Part shown: positions 1-10,578 of the stretch, piece after piece
How positions within the stretch are numbered: the first letter of the stretch is position 1
Layout of the letters: the number at the start of each line of letters is the position of its first letter
NCBI GenBank assembly: GCA_043732705.1
Contig: JAYTHE010000029.1
Span: 70,445 to 134,444, forward strand
From: Candidatus Omnitrophota bacterium
Lineage (GTDB): Bacteria; Omnitrophota; Omnitrophia; Omnitrophales; Aquincolibacteriaceae
Length of the DNA stretch: 64,000 bases
Direction of reading: 5' to 3'
Program-made: the position numbers and the translations under genes
Notes under the pieces: model-generated
What the model saw: only the letters and a program-made list of their open reading frames with translations
Told to the model about the DNA's origin: nothing
Database searches by the model: none

Positions 1-438
1 TTCTTTTTTACCTTGGTCTTCCAATGTTTTGAGACCCAGAAATTTTCCGATGCCGTATTTTGAATGCACGACATAATCACCACGCTCCAAATCTTTCGCG
101 CGAAAAACCGGCTCAAAAAGCGCGAACTGCTCTTCCAGCTTATCAAGTTTCTTTTGAAAAAAATCAGAAACGGGAATCAAAAAGACTTCGTCAAAGTGAG
201 TCATATTGCGGCCGTCGGAAAGCGTAAAATCGCGGATATTCATCACCTTATCGTCCGCGATACGAATACGCACCGGTAAACGGTAAGAAACAGGAAAAAT
301 ATCAAAAGCCGCGCCGCGTTGGGCATATTGGCCGGGCGCCGAGACAGCGCTTACGGGTTGATAGTGTAAAACGCCTAGCTTCTGCTCAAGCTCCTCCACC
401 CGAACTGAATCGCCCACTTGTAAACGGTAAACATCCAT
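1..438 (-). CDS. mfd: Transcription-repair coupling factor Mfd, 5' part (truncated by window edge); compact N-terminus
   Basis: Manual translation MDVYRLQVGD...PGQYAQRGAAFDIFP...RIADDKVMNIRDF (UvrB-homology D2-like) then LERGDYVVHSKYGIGKFLG (CarD/TRCF RID); in-frame TAG just upstream of ATG 438; not in ORF track. Confidence 0.8.
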   Translation of the reverse strand, partial: MDVYRLQVGDSVRVEELEQKLGVLHYQPVSAVSAPGQYAQRGAAFDIFPVSYRLPVRIRIADDKVMNIRDFTLSDGRNMTHFDEVFLIPVSDFFQKKLDKLEEQFALFEPVFRAKDLERGDYVVHSKYGIGKFLGLKTLEDQGKKE

Positions 439-533
439 GCGGTTAATCTAGCAAAAGCGGAAAATTATTAAATCGGGGAAATGGATGTGATTATGCGTGA
501 GCGCCGGTTGCACCTTAACAGGGCAGAATATAA

Positions 534-1739
534 CTATGCGTGAGTACCGGTTGCGCCTTGGCGCAGAGGTAAAATAAACTGTGCCATACGGCGAACGGCT
601 TCTTCAATATCTTTTTCGCTCGTCGCATAACTGACGCGAATATGTTTAGCACTCCCAAAGGGTTCGCCCGGCACCACCGCCAAATGCGCTTTCTCAAGCA
701 GTAATTCAGAGAGCTGCAATCCGGTCATGCCGGTATCCGCGATATTAATAAAAAGATAAAAAGCTCCTTCGGGACGAAAAGGTTTCAAAGAAGGAATCGC
801 TTTCAACAAATTGATGAAAAGATCCCGGCGCTTTTCATAAACCGCGCACATTTTTGCGGCTTCCGTATCGCCTTGATCAAGCGCCGTAATGCCGCCGGCC
901 TGCGCGAAAGAATTGGGGTTGGATGTTGAATGGCTTTGAAAGCTGGCGACGGCTTTGGCAAGCGGTTTATCGGGAATACCGGCATAACCCAAACGCCAGC
1001 CGGTCATCGCATAGGCCTTGCTATGGCCGTTTACAACGATGGTACGGGCGGCAATCTCCGCATCCAACGAAGCGATCGAAACGGCTTTAATTCCGCCAAA
1101 AGTAAGCTTCTCATAAATTTCATCACTCAAAATCTGGACATGCGGATTTTTTTTCAAAACGGGAATTAAAGCCCGCAATTCTTTTTCGGAATAAACTGCG
1201 CCCGTCGGATTAGACGGCGAATTTAAAATTAAAAGTTTGGTCTGAGGTGTAATACTTTTTTCAAGCATCGCAGGCGTGATTTTAAACCCGGTAGCTTCCG
1301 TTGTTTCAATCAAAACACTTTTAGCGCCGCACAAAATGGCCATTTCCGGGTAGCTGAGCCAAAACGGCGAAGGAATCAGAACTTCATCACCGGGATTAAG
1401 CATGGCATAAAACACATTAAAAATAACATGCTTCGCTCCGCAGCCAACCACAACTTGTTCGGGTTCAAAAGTAAGGCCTTGGTCGCGCTTAAATTTACGA
1501 ATGACCGCCTGTTTAATTTCAGGAGTACCGGTTTCGGGAGTATATTTTGTGGCGCCTTTTTGAAGGGCTTGAATCGCTGAATCTTTGATGAATTGCGGTG
1601 TATCGAAATCCGGCTCACCCGCGCTGAGAGAGATGACATCCAAACCTTGTGCGCGCATCGCTTTCGCTTTGGCAGCAATACCCAGGGTGAGAGAAGGCTT
1701 TACGGCTGTAACACGGTCCGAAAGTCTAATTGAACTCAT
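534..1739 (-). CDS. aspC: Aspartate aminotransferase (PLP class I/II)
   Basis: GEPDFDTP, NSPSNPTG, SDEIY, SKAYAMTGWRLGY motifs. Confidence 0.9.
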   Translation of the reverse strand: MSSIRLSDRVTAVKPSLTLGIAAKAKAMRAQGLDVISLSAGEPDFDTPQFIKDSAIQALQKGATKYTPETGTPEIKQAVIRKFKRDQGLTFEPEQVVVGCGAKHVIFNVFYAMLNPGDEVLIPSPFWLSYPEMAILCGAKSVLIETTEATGFKITPAMLEKSITPQTKLLILNSPSNPTGAVYSEKELRALIPVLKKNPHVQILSDEIYEKLTFGGIKAVSIASLDAEIAARTIVVNGHSKAYAMTGWRLGYAGIPDKPLAKAVASFQSHSTSNPNSFAQAGGITALDQGDTEAAKMCAVYEKRRDLFINLLKAIPSLKPFRPEGAFYLFINIADTGMTGLQLSELLLEKAHLAVVPGEPFGSAKHIRVSYATSEKDIEEAVRRMAQFILPLRQGATGTHA

Positions 1740-1825
1740 GACTTAACCACCCGTTAAAATTAAACTGCTCTGGGCTTCTCCAACCTTGCGGTTGGGTGGA
1801 AACCCAGAGCAATAACAAATCGTGC

Positions 1826-2377
1826 TTACTGTTCGCGTTTGAAGAACTTGCGCAGATTACCGACAAAACCCTTTTTCTTTTCAGGGTCTTTATCTGCCGT
1901 TTTCTCAGAAACTTGCGTTTCTTCGGCCTTTTTGGATTTCTTGTCTGTCGTCGTTACTTCGGCTGCGACTTCTTTTTTAGCAGCAGCTTTTTTAGCTTTT
2001 TTCTTATACACAGGCGCATCAAAAATCTCCGTGAATTCAAGTAAAGCACGCTGCGCACCATCGCCTGTCCGTACTGTCGTTTTCAAAACACGGGTATAAC
2101 CGCCTTTGCGCTCACCGAATTTTGGCAAGATTTGAGTGACAACTTGTTCAGCGGCACGTGCGCATCCCAATTTTGAAATCAGTAAACGGCGTGCATGTAA
2201 ACCACCGCGTTTGGCAAGCGTCACCAAACTATCCACAAAGGCGCTGGTTTCACGCGCTTTGGCATAAGTCGTCACTATGCTTTTGCGATGGATAAGGCTT
2301 TTCGCCAGATTGCGCAAAAGTGCGGTACGGTGATCGGTTGTAACCCCTAATTTTCTTCTCATTTTACGATGGCGCAT
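1826..2377 (-). CDS. rplQ: 50S ribosomal protein L17 with Lys/Glu-rich C-terminal tail
   Basis: MRHRK...RKLG, GGYTRVLK; follows rpoA. Confidence 0.97.
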   Translation of the reverse strand: MRHRKMRRKLGVTTDHRTALLRNLAKSLIHRKSIVTTYAKARETSAFVDSLVTLAKRGGLHARRLLISKLGCARAAEQVVTQILPKFGERKGGYTRVLKTTVRTGDGAQRALLEFTEIFDAPVYKKKAKKAAAKKEVAAEVTTTDKKSKKAEETQVSEKTADKDPEKKKGFVGNLRKFFKREQ

Positions 2378-2484
2378 GTCGATACCCTTTTATTTACTGA
2401 CAGTCTAAGCTACGCGGTTGAGCGAAGCTCAGAGCATTAATGGCGGCTGAGACAACGTCTCAGAGCCAAAATATTTACTACTGA

Positions 2485-3516
2485 TTACTCCTGTGTCGCG
2501 TTTGCCGTTTCGTTACTTGCGGCAGGCGCTTCAGAAGAAGCTTTGCCCGCGAGGCGCGCGTCCACGTCCATTCCGAGTGAAAGCTGCATCGTCACGAGAA
2601 TAGCATTAATTTCGTTCAGGGATTTTTTGCCGAAATTTTTGTACTTCAGCATTTGCGCTTCGGACTTACGGATCAAATCACCGATAGTCTTGATGTTCGC
2701 GGCCTCTAAACAATTAGCGCTGCGCACGGAAAGCTCAAGTTCGCTGATCGGTTTCGCAACCAAGTCACGGAACCCCTTATCTTCCTCTTCTTCCTCTTCC
2801 TCTTCTTCAGGAATTTCGCCATAGTTGACGAAAATATCGAGGTGGCGCTGAAGAATATTCGAAGCGTAAAGCATCGCTTCTTCAGGATTCATCGCACCAT
2901 TTGTCCAAATTTCGAACGTCAGCTTGTCATAGTCTGTCATTTGACCGACACGTGTGTCTTCAACATTGAAGTTCACTTTTATTACAGGCGAATAAATAGA
3001 GTCGACTGGAACAATTCCGATTGTATCGTCTTCTTTTTTATTTCGTTCAGCGGCAACATATCCACGGCCGCGGCCGATTTCAAGCTCCATTCTAAAAGGA
3101 CGGTCTTTTGAAAGTGTGCAGATCACAAGATCTTTATTCACAATTTCAACGGTTTCGTCAGCTTGAATATCACCCGCTGTAATAGGACCTTCTTTTTTTG
3201 CTTCAAGGATGAGCTTCTTGGCTCCTTTGCCGTGATACTTTAAAACTAACTTTTTGATATTAAGAACGATCTGTGTGCCATCTTCGTAAACGCCATCAAG
3301 CGTTGCGAATTCATGCAGCATCCCGTCAATCTTAATGCTCGTAACTGCAGCACCATCAATCGATGAAATTAAAACACGGCGCAAAGAATTGCCGATGGTT
3401 GTGCCATAACCACGTTCAAAAGGTTCAGCAACAAACTTACCGTATGTCTTGGTCAAAGTTGATTTTTCAACTTCCAGACGCTTTGGCAATTCAAAAGTTT
3501 TCCAACGAATACCCAT
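2485..3516 (-). CDS. rpoA: RNA polymerase alpha subunit
   Basis: EPFERGYGTTIGNSLRRVL, LELSVRSANCL, NFGKKSL. Confidence 0.98.
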   Translation of the reverse strand: MGIRWKTFELPKRLEVEKSTLTKTYGKFVAEPFERGYGTTIGNSLRRVLISSIDGAAVTSIKIDGMLHEFATLDGVYEDGTQIVLNIKKLVLKYHGKGAKKLILEAKKEGPITAGDIQADETVEIVNKDLVICTLSKDRPFRMELEIGRGRGYVAAERNKKEDDTIGIVPVDSIYSPVIKVNFNVEDTRVGQMTDYDKLTFEIWTNGAMNPEEAMLYASNILQRHLDIFVNYGEIPEEEEEEEEEDKGFRDLVAKPISELELSVRSANCLEAANIKTIGDLIRKSEAQMLKYKNFGKKSLNEINAILVTMQLSLGMDVDARLAGKASSEAPAASNETANATQE

Positions 3517-3615
3517 AACAAACCTCCTAGTACTATTAAATTTTTGCTCTGAGGCTACGCCTCAATCGCACTGAAACTATCTAATCTTTTATTTAAAAAA
3601 TCTGTCCGCTCAAAA

Positions 3616-4242
3616 TTATTTAGAGTACAACTCAACAATCATCGACTCTTCAACTGGCAGATTCGCATCCGCTTTAGTCGGCTGACGAAGCACTTCGCCT
3701 TCTAACTTAGAAGCATTAAATGAAAGCCATTCTGGAATCTTCAGGTCATTCCATTTTTCCAAATAATCTTTCACGCGCTTTTGTGTTTTTTCTTTTTCTT
3801 TGACCGAAATTTTATCTCCGGGTTTGACCTGGTAAGAAGGAATGTTAACTTTCTTGCCATTCACTGTTACATGTCCGTGATTCACAAACTGACGTGCTTC
3901 ACGGCGTGTCGTCGCAAAAAGTAAACGGTATGTGACGTTATCCAAACGGCATTCAAGCCGGCGGATCAAATTTTCACCAGTCACGCCTTTTTCACGCGCG
4001 GCACGAACAAAGAAAAGATGAAATTGGCGTTCAAGCAAGCCATAAATTCTCTTCAACTTTTGCTTTTCACGAAACTGAACACCGTAGTCAGACTGCTTGC
4101 GTTGACGTCCTGCGCCATGCTGACCAGGTTTTTTGTCCAGACGCTTTGTGTGCTTATCATCCGTGTCACGGCGGCCTTTAAGCCCAAGATTAATCCCTTC
4201 TGCGCGATGAAGCCGGACAACCGGTCCAATATACTTAGCCAT
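3616..4242 (-). CDS. rpsD: 30S ribosomal protein S4
   Basis: MAKYIGP, EKQKLKRIYG, LECRLDN; start set at ATG 4242. Confidence 0.97.
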   Translation of the reverse strand: MAKYIGPVVRLHRAEGINLGLKGRRDTDDKHTKRLDKKPGQHGAGRQRKQSDYGVQFREKQKLKRIYGLLERQFHLFFVRAAREKGVTGENLIRRLECRLDNVTYRLLFATTRREARQFVNHGHVTVNGKKVNIPSYQVKPGDKISVKEKEKTQKRVKDYLEKWNDLKIPEWLSFNASKLEGEVLRQPTKADANLPVEESMIVELYSK

Positions 4243-4244
4243 GT

Positions 4245-4613
4245 TCAGACTCTCCTTTTCTTGGGAGGACGGCATCCATTGTGAGGTACCGGCGTAATGT
4301 CGGTAATTGAACTCACATTCAGACCCGCGAGCTGTAATGCACGAATCGCTGATTCACGCCCGCCGCCCGGACCCTTAATAAAAACTTCCACTTCTTTCAT
4401 GCCGAATTCCATCGCTTTTTTAGCCGCTTTTTCAGAAGCAACCTGTGCGGCAAACGGAGTGGATTTTTTTGAACCCGCAAAACCATTCGCACCGGAAGAA
4501 GACCAGCAAACTGTCTGCCCCTTCGGGTCAGAGATAGTCACAATCGTATTATTAAAACTTGCGAAAATATGCACTACACCTTTGGTCAAGTGCTTAATCT
4601 TTTTCTTAGCCAT
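4245..4613 (-). CDS. rpsK: 30S ribosomal protein S11
   Basis: [30 protein letters not shown]. Confidence 0.98.
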   Translation of the reverse strand: MAKKKIKHLTKGVVHIFASFNNTIVTISDPKGQTVCWSSSGANGFAGSKKSTPFAAQVASEKAAKKAMEFGMKEVEVFIKGPGGGRESAIRALQLAGLNVSSITDITPVPHNGCRPPKKRRV

Positions 4614-4681
4614 TCTGCATCACTCCTGTTGCGATTATATTTTGCCTCTGAGCCTGACGGCTCAACCGGCAATCAACTAAA

Positions 4682-5065
4682 TTATTTAGCTACGGGTTTC
4701 TTCGTCAGCCCGCCGATTGTCTTGCGCTTACCCTTGCGAGTACGTGCGTTGGTATGCGTGCGCTGTCCGCGAACCGGAAGCCCTTTAAGATGTCTTAATC
4801 CGCGATAAGTGCGAATATCCATCAAACGCTTGATGTTCTGGTGAATATCACGGCGCAAATCACCTTCGATTTTGCAGTCGCGCTGAAGCACGCCTGTAAT
4901 TGCCGAAAGTTCTGCTTCCGTTAAATCTTTGGCGCGCTTATCAGGATCGACTTTCGCCTTTTCCAAAATTTTGTAGGAAAGCGTGCGGCCTACACCAAAC
5001 AAATACGTAAGAGAGATAAAAGTTTTTTTGTCTCTCGGAATATCGACACCCAAAATACGCGGCAT
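4682..5065 (-). CDS. rpsM: 30S ribosomal protein S13
   Basis: [28 protein letters not shown]. Confidence 0.98.
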   Translation of the reverse strand: MPRILGVDIPRDKKTFISLTYLFGVGRTLSYKILEKAKVDPDKRAKDLTEAELSAITGVLQRDCKIEGDLRRDIHQNIKRLMDIRTYRGLRHLKGLPVRGQRTHTNARTRKGKRKTIGGLTKKPVAK

Positions 5066-5076
5066 AGTTTCTCCTG

Positions 5077-5190
5077 TTATCCTTGACGTTGCTTATGCTT
5101 CGGATTTGTGCAAATCACATAAACCCGACGCTCGCGTCTTACAATTTTACAATTTTCACAAATTCTTTTTACTGACGAACGTACTTTCAT
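5077..5190 (-). CDS. rpmJ: 50S ribosomal protein L36 (zinc-binding type)
   Basis: Manual translation [37 protein letters not shown]; below ORF-track length. Confidence 0.96.
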   Translation of the reverse strand: MKVRSSVKRICENCKIVRRERRVYVICTNPKHKQRQG

Positions 5191-5268
5191 TTTAAACCCC
5201 TTAACCTAACTTATTTTATCTTTACCCAGGCAACCTGCCGATTGCGCCGGCGGCGCAGAGGCAAAATG

Positions 5269-5487
5269 TCATTTCACGCGGTAAGTAATTCGCCCGCGGC
5301 TTAAATCATACGGTGAAAGTTCCACCTTAACCGAATCTCCCGGTAAAATGCGGATATAATTCATACGCATTTTTCCCGAAATATGCGCAAGAATAATGTG
5401 CCCATTTTCAAGTTGAACACGAAAGCGAGCATTAGGCAGCGGTTCCACCACTTTACCTTCTACTTCAATCGCTTCTTCTTTGGCCAT
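5269..5487 (-). CDS. infA: Translation initiation factor IF-1
   Basis: [11 protein letters not shown]...LPNARFRV...[13 protein letters not shown]. Confidence 0.98.
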   Translation of the reverse strand: MAKEEAIEVEGKVVEPLPNARFRVQLENGHIILAHISGKMRMNYIRILPGDSVKVELSPYDLSRGRITYRVK

Positions 5488-5539
5488 TATTCTTACTTAT
5501 CTCTCTGTTTCGGCGACTACAACAGTTAAAACTGCTTTG

Positions 5540-6325
5540 CTATTTGACGGTTGGGCATCGCCCAGAGCCAAAGTTGTAATAGCCGCCTGTTAAATTTATA
5601 AATCCGTTTTCCGTAAACGCTATCGTATCTTCATAATGGCTTGCCCAGGAACGGTCTTTCGTTACCACGGTCCAGCCATCCGCTAAAATCTGTACTTCAT
5701 GCGAACCCTGCGTCACCATCGGCTCAATCGCCAAAACTAACCCCGGCTCAATCTTTAACCCTCTGCCCGCTTTCCCATAATTTGGAACCTGCGGTTCTTC
5801 ATGCAAACTTTTTCCGATTCCGTGCCCGACAAAATCTCGCACAACACCGTAACCGCGTGATTCAATATGCGCTTGAATCGCTGCTGACAAATCACCGATT
5901 TGACAGCCCGGTTTATACGCTGCAAGTCCCGCTTCCATTCCACCTTTGGAAGCATCGATCAACTTCTGGGTTTTCGCATCGGCTCCGCCGACGCACCAGG
6001 ATCTTGCCGCATCCGAATAAAAACTTTTGTATATCACTCCAATATCAAAACTTACCAGGTCGCCTTTTTTCAACTTTTTATTTCCCGGAATTCCATGCAC
6101 CACTTCTTCGTTCACCGAGATGCAGGCTACCTTCGGAAAACCGCGATATCCTTTAAATGCGGATGTGCCGCCATTTGCACGAATTATTTTATCCGCAATC
6201 GCGTCCAAATCATTCGTTGTCGCGTTTTCCACAACCGTCGGCTGCACAGCGGCAAAGATCTTTTGTATGATCATCGCCGCTTCCTGCATAATTTCAATCT
6301 CGCGCTTAGATTTAAGCTCGATCAT
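5540..6325 (-). CDS. map: Methionine aminopeptidase type I
   Basis: CISVNEEVVHGIP, GHGIG..LHEEP, AIEPM, SHYEDT. Confidence 0.97.
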   Translation of the reverse strand: MIELKSKREIEIMQEAAMIIQKIFAAVQPTVVENATTNDLDAIADKIIRANGGTSAFKGYRGFPKVACISVNEEVVHGIPGNKKLKKGDLVSFDIGVIYKSFYSDAARSWCVGGADAKTQKLIDASKGGMEAGLAAYKPGCQIGDLSAAIQAHIESRGYGVVRDFVGHGIGKSLHEEPQVPNYGKAGRGLKIEPGLVLAIEPMVTQGSHEVQILADGWTVVTKDRSWASHYEDTIAFTENGFINLTGGYYNFGSGRCPTVK

Positions 6326-6981
6326 GCAATCAGACTGAGTTTTTCAAAGAGCTTCGTTATAATCGGCTGCAGTTCCGGAACGTCATAATCGCCCGGAATA
6401 TTTTGCAACAAACCACGTTTTTGATAAAAATTGATCAAAGGCGCTGTTTCATTCTGATAAACATTTAACCGGTTGCGAATCGTTTCCGGCGCGTCATCCT
6501 TGCGCTGAATTAACTTCTCGCCTGTATCATCACAAATACCTTCAACTTTCGGAGGCATATTGCGAATGTGATAAACGCGGCCCGTTGTCGGGTTAACGCG
6601 ACGGCCCGAGAGCCGCTCTAAAATTACTTTTTCCGACGTTTCAAAGTTTAAAACCAAATCCAACGGAATATTTTCTTTCTCAAGAAACTTTTCCAACGCT
6701 TCCGCTTGTCCGAGCGTGCGCGGGTAACCATCCAAAATAAAGCCTTTGCCGCTTGGAAGAGCATTAATCTCGGAAAACATCATTTCATTCACAAGATCAT
6801 CAGAAACTAATGCGCCTTTCTCAATCGTCGAACGCGCTTGAACGCCAAGCCCTGTGCCTTCTTTCATATGCCGCCGCAAAATATCGCCTGTCGCTAGCTG
6901 CGTTAGGTTATATTTGTCTTTCATCACTTTCGCGTGCGTACCTTTTCCCGCTCCCGGGGGGCCTAAAAGAACAATGCGCAT
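6322..6981 (-). CDS. adk: Adenylate kinase
   Basis: GPPGAGKGT, LDGYPRT, QRKDD. Confidence 0.97.
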   Translation of the reverse strand: MRIVLLGPPGAGKGTHAKVMKDKYNLTQLATGDILRRHMKEGTGLGVQARSTIEKGALVSDDLVNEMMFSEINALPSGKGFILDGYPRTLGQAEALEKFLEKENIPLDLVLNFETSEKVILERLSGRRVNPTTGRVYHIRNMPPKVEGICDDTGEKLIQRKDDAPETIRNRLNVYQNETAPLINFYQKRGLLQNIPGDYDVPELQPIITKLFEKLSLIA

Positions 6982-6986
6982 GATGC

Positions 6987-8321
6987 TTAAGCCCGCCGCG
7001 ACTTCAATTTGCCGTGCTTAATGAAACCTTCATAGTGACGCATTAAAAGCTGTGATTCGATTGTTTTCATAGTGTCTAAAATAACACCCACAATAATTAA
7101 AAGCCCGGTGCCGCCGAAAAAACTCGCCACTAAGAAAGGCAATTTTAAAAAATGATTCGATGAAACAACGCTCGGGAAAATCGCGATAAAAAATAATGCG
7201 ATCGCGCCCGAGGCAGCGATACGCGTCACAACAAAATCTAAAAATTCGGCTGTGTTTTTTCCAGGACGAATACCCGGAACAAAGCCGCCTGATTTCTGTA
7301 AATGATCAGCTACTTCTATCGGATTGAAAGTGATCGCTGTATAGAAAAAAGTAAAAAACAAAATTAATGCGCCATAAATAATTGAGTAACCCAAGCTGCC
7401 GTAGCTTAGAAAATGCGCCACGGAAGTTAATGATCCAGCTTGCGGAAAAAATCCCGCGATGGTTGCAGGAAATAAAATAACAGACTGCGCAAAAATAATA
7501 GGGATAACTCCGGCCTGGTTTACCTTCAAAGGAATATAAGTGCTGTTCCCGCCATAAACCCGGCTGCCGCGAATTTGCTTCGCGTGCTGAACAGGAATTT
7601 TTCTTGTCCCCTGAATAATACAGATGACTCCAATAACCGTACCAAAGAAAAGCGCTACCATAATCACAAGCTTCCACCACTGTAACTGGCCGGTGTTAGC
7701 AAGCACAATCGTTTGACGCAAAGCTTCGGGAATCCCGTCGACAATACCCGCCGCAATCAAAATTGAAATTCCATTTCCAATTCCAAATTTATCGATTTGT
7801 TCGCCGAGCCACATAATAAACGCCGTACCCGTCGTCATCGTCAACATCGCCGTTAGACGAAAAGCCCAACCCGGATTCGGGACAATCACTTCATCTTGAA
7901 ACATACGCGGATTTTCAAGCCAAAGCGCAATAAAAAAAGTTTGAATCAATCCCAAAATTACCGTGCCATAACGTGTGTATTGAGTTATTTTTTTACGGCC
8001 TTCTTCGCCTTCCTTCGTCATTTTTTCCAATGCCGGAATAACAACCGCCAAAAGCTGTAAGATAATGGAGGAGGAAACATAGGGCATGATTCCCAAAGCA
8101 AAAATCGACGCCTTTTGAAGCGCTCCACCGGTAAACATGCCCATAAAGCCAAGTAAGTTGCCGCCGCCCATTTTTTGAAAAAAGGCCGCAAGCGCCGCTT
8201 CATCCACGCCCGGAACCGGAACGAAAACGCCCAAGCGATAAACCACAATCATCGCCAAGGTAAAAAGCACCTTGTTGCGAAGTTCGGGGATTTTGAAAAT
8301 ATTTTGAAAGGCTTGCAGCAT
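6987..8321 (-). CDS. secY: Preprotein translocase SecY
   Basis: SIFALGIMPY, GIGNGISILI, FGGTGLLI. Confidence 0.98.
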   Translation of the reverse strand: MLQAFQNIFKIPELRNKVLFTLAMIVVYRLGVFVPVPGVDEAALAAFFQKMGGGNLLGFMGMFTGGALQKASIFALGIMPYVSSSIILQLLAVVIPALEKMTKEGEEGRKKITQYTRYGTVILGLIQTFFIALWLENPRMFQDEVIVPNPGWAFRLTAMLTMTTGTAFIMWLGEQIDKFGIGNGISILIAAGIVDGIPEALRQTIVLANTGQLQWWKLVIMVALFFGTVIGVICIIQGTRKIPVQHAKQIRGSRVYGGNSTYIPLKVNQAGVIPIIFAQSVILFPATIAGFFPQAGSLTSVAHFLSYGSLGYSIIYGALILFFTFFYTAITFNPIEVADHLQKSGGFVPGIRPGKNTAEFLDFVVTRIAASGAIALFFIAIFPSVVSSNHFLKLPFLVASFFGGTGLLIIVGVILDTMKTIESQLLMRHYEGFIKHGKLKSRRA

Positions 8322-8334
8322 GAAAAGGCTCTTA

Positions 8335-8766
8335 TTACGCTTCGATTAAAACGGCTTTACCGCCGGCTGCTTCGATTTTTGTTTTTGCCGAAGCGCTAAA
8401 AGCATGCGCCTTTACTGTGATAGCTTTTTGAATTTCGCCTGTACCAAGAATTTTGACCGATGCATTCTTTTTACGGATCACGCCATTTTGTACCAAAATT
8501 TCGGGGCTGATATCAGAAACCGTCATTTCAGCCAGCTGATGCAAGTTGACCGCCAAATAGCGCTCCTTCAAATCTTCACGGCTGAATCCGCGTTTTGGCA
8601 GCTTGCGCCAAAGAGGATTTTGTCCACCTTCAAAACCAGCGCGACGGCTATAACCTGAACGCGCTTTTTGACCTTTATGTCCCCTAGTCGAAGTTCCGCC
8701 GTGTCCGGATGAACCTCCGCGGCCAAGACGTTTCGGTTTTTTTTGATACGGCTTTTTTGCTTTCAT
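8335..8766 (-). CDS. rplO: 50S ribosomal protein L15
   Basis: RLGRG, RGHKGQKARSG, FEGGQ. Confidence 0.97.
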   Translation of the reverse strand: MKAKKPYQKKPKRLGRGGSSGHGGTSTRGHKGQKARSGYSRRAGFEGGQNPLWRKLPKRGFSREDLKERYLAVNLHQLAEMTVSDISPEILVQNGVIRKKNASVKILGTGEIQKAITVKAHAFSASAKTKIEAAGGKAVLIEA

Positions 8767-8811
8767 AATTTTCTTACGCCTTTACGGTTGGGCGAAGCCC
8801 AGAGTGAAATA

Positions 8812-9405
8812 TCACAGGCCTTCATAACCAACATCACTTTCTTCTTTTCGAAGGCGCTTATTCACAAGCGATTTTAAACCTTCTACAGTTGCTTTAAAAA
8901 CATTGACTGAGTTATCGCTGCCGAGACTCTTGGTCAAAATATCTTTGATTCCGCAAGATTCACAAACGGCACGAACCGCGCCGCCGGCAATAATTCCCGT
9001 TCCGGGAGCCGCCGGTTTCAAAAGCACTCTTGCTGCGCCGAAACGGCCGACAACTTCATGAGGTATCGTCGTCCCTTTCATAATAATCTTAATCGAACGC
9101 TTACGTGCGGCGGTGACAGCCTTGCGAATTGCATCCGCAACTTCGCCCGCTTTACCCTGGCCAAAACCAAGCTCGCCGTGGCCATTTCCGACCACAACAA
9201 GCGCGCTAAAACTAAAACGCTTACCACCCTTAACAACTTTGGAGGAACGGTTAATATCAACAACCTTTTCAAAATTAGTTGATTTAGCTTCCGGTGTAGA
9301 TCCGTCCAAAACATCCACAACTGCCAATGTCGCAACCGAAGGCACCGCCAAACGTTTTGCGCGTTCTGCTTCGGATTCTTTTTTTGCTTTCAACTTATCT
9401 GCCAT
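8812..9405 (-). CDS. rpsE: 30S ribosomal protein S5
   Basis: [30 protein letters not shown]; start set at ATG 9405. Confidence 0.96.
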   Translation of the reverse strand: MADKLKAKKESEAERAKRLAVPSVATLAVVDVLDGSTPEAKSTNFEKVVDINRSSKVVKGGKRFSFSALVVVGNGHGELGFGQGKAGEVADAIRKAVTAARKRSIKIIMKGTTIPHEVVGRFGAARVLLKPAAPGTGIIAGGAVRAVCESCGIKDILTKSLGSDNSVNVFKATVEGLKSLVNKRLRKEESDVGYEGL

Positions 9406-9513
9406 ATTTCCTTCTTTATTTCTGCTCTGGGTTTCACCCAACCGCAAATTTTATTTTCTTACTTTATGTCTATTCCGCCGGTTGAGCTAAAGCTCAGAGG
9501 CAAAATTAATAGA

Positions 9514-9876
9514 TCAGAACTGTATTCCGCCTTCGCGCAATCCGTCGGCCAAGGCTTTGATGCGGCCATGATACAAGTATCCTGCACGATCAAAGCTAAT
9601 ACTCGAAATTCCTTTTTCCTTCATTTTTGCCGCATAAAACAGACCCAAATTTTTTGCCAAACCTGTTTTATCCGCATCTTTCGGAGCTTGCTTTAAAAAA
9701 GCTTTATCCTGTGTGGAAAAAGAAATCAATGTGCGCTGTGCAAAATCATCCACCACTTGAGCCTGAAGGCTGCGAGCCGAGCGATGAACTGACAAACGAG
9801 GACGTTCCGGTGTTCCGGAAATTTTTTTGCGAACGCGCACATGCCGATGTTGTCTGCCAAATTCTCTTGTATTCAT
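9514..9876 (-). CDS. rplR: 50S ribosomal protein L18
   Basis: RPRLSVHRS, FDRAGYLYHGRI. Confidence 0.97.
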   Translation of the reverse strand: MNTREFGRQHRHVRVRKKISGTPERPRLSVHRSARSLQAQVVDDFAQRTLISFSTQDKAFLKQAPKDADKTGLAKNLGLFYAAKMKEKGISSISFDRAGYLYHGRIKALADGLREGGIQF

Positions 9877-9955
9877 AAATCAATCCTCTTCGATTCTAAA
9901 TTTTTGCTTAACGTTGCTGCTAACGGCGGTTGCGCTTCAGCGCAGAGCCAAAACG

Positions 9956-10495
9956 TTAACTGCCGACTTTCTTACCTTGTTTGCGGCGCACTTGCTCGCC
10001 GACATAACGAATTCCCTTGCCCTTATACGGCTCCGGAGGACTAAAACTGCGAATTTCAGCGGCAGCTTGCCCCACCGACTGCTTATCTGCACCTGTAATA
10101 ACAATACGTGTTGGACTTGGACACTTGATATCAAGACCTTCTTCGATTTGGTAATCACTCGGGTGAGTAAAGCCAAGTACCATACTTAACACTTTACCCT
10201 TGATCGCCGCCTTAAAACCAACACCGATAAGCTCCAACTCTTTAACATATCCTTCAGTGACACCTTGAATCATATTACGAATGACTGCACGCGTTGTACC
10301 ATGCAAAGAGCGGTCAAGCGGCTCATCCGAAGAGCGGGTCACCACAACTTCTTTATCTTTTGATTCAACTTTGATTTTCGAGTGCACATCAAAATTAAGC
10401 TCCCCCTTAGGCCCCTTGACTTTGATCTTTTGACCCTGAATCGTAATTTGTACTTTATCCAGAACTGATACTGGTTTTCTTCCTACTCTCGACAT
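9956..10495 (-). CDS. rplF: 50S ribosomal protein L6
   Basis: MSRVGRKP, PEPYKGKGIRY. Confidence 0.98.
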   Translation of the reverse strand: MSRVGRKPVSVLDKVQITIQGQKIKVKGPKGELNFDVHSKIKVESKDKEVVVTRSSDEPLDRSLHGTTRAVIRNMIQGVTEGYVKELELIGVGFKAAIKGKVLSMVLGFTHPSDYQIEEGLDIKCPSPTRIVITGADKQSVGQAAAEIRSFSPPEPYKGKGIRYVGEQVRRKQGKKVGS

Positions 10496-10578
10496 AATTC
10501 TTTTCCTTAAACTTTACTTAACCTTTTTAGCACTTATACGATTGCGCTTTAGCGCAGAGCAAAACAATACAGACAGCG

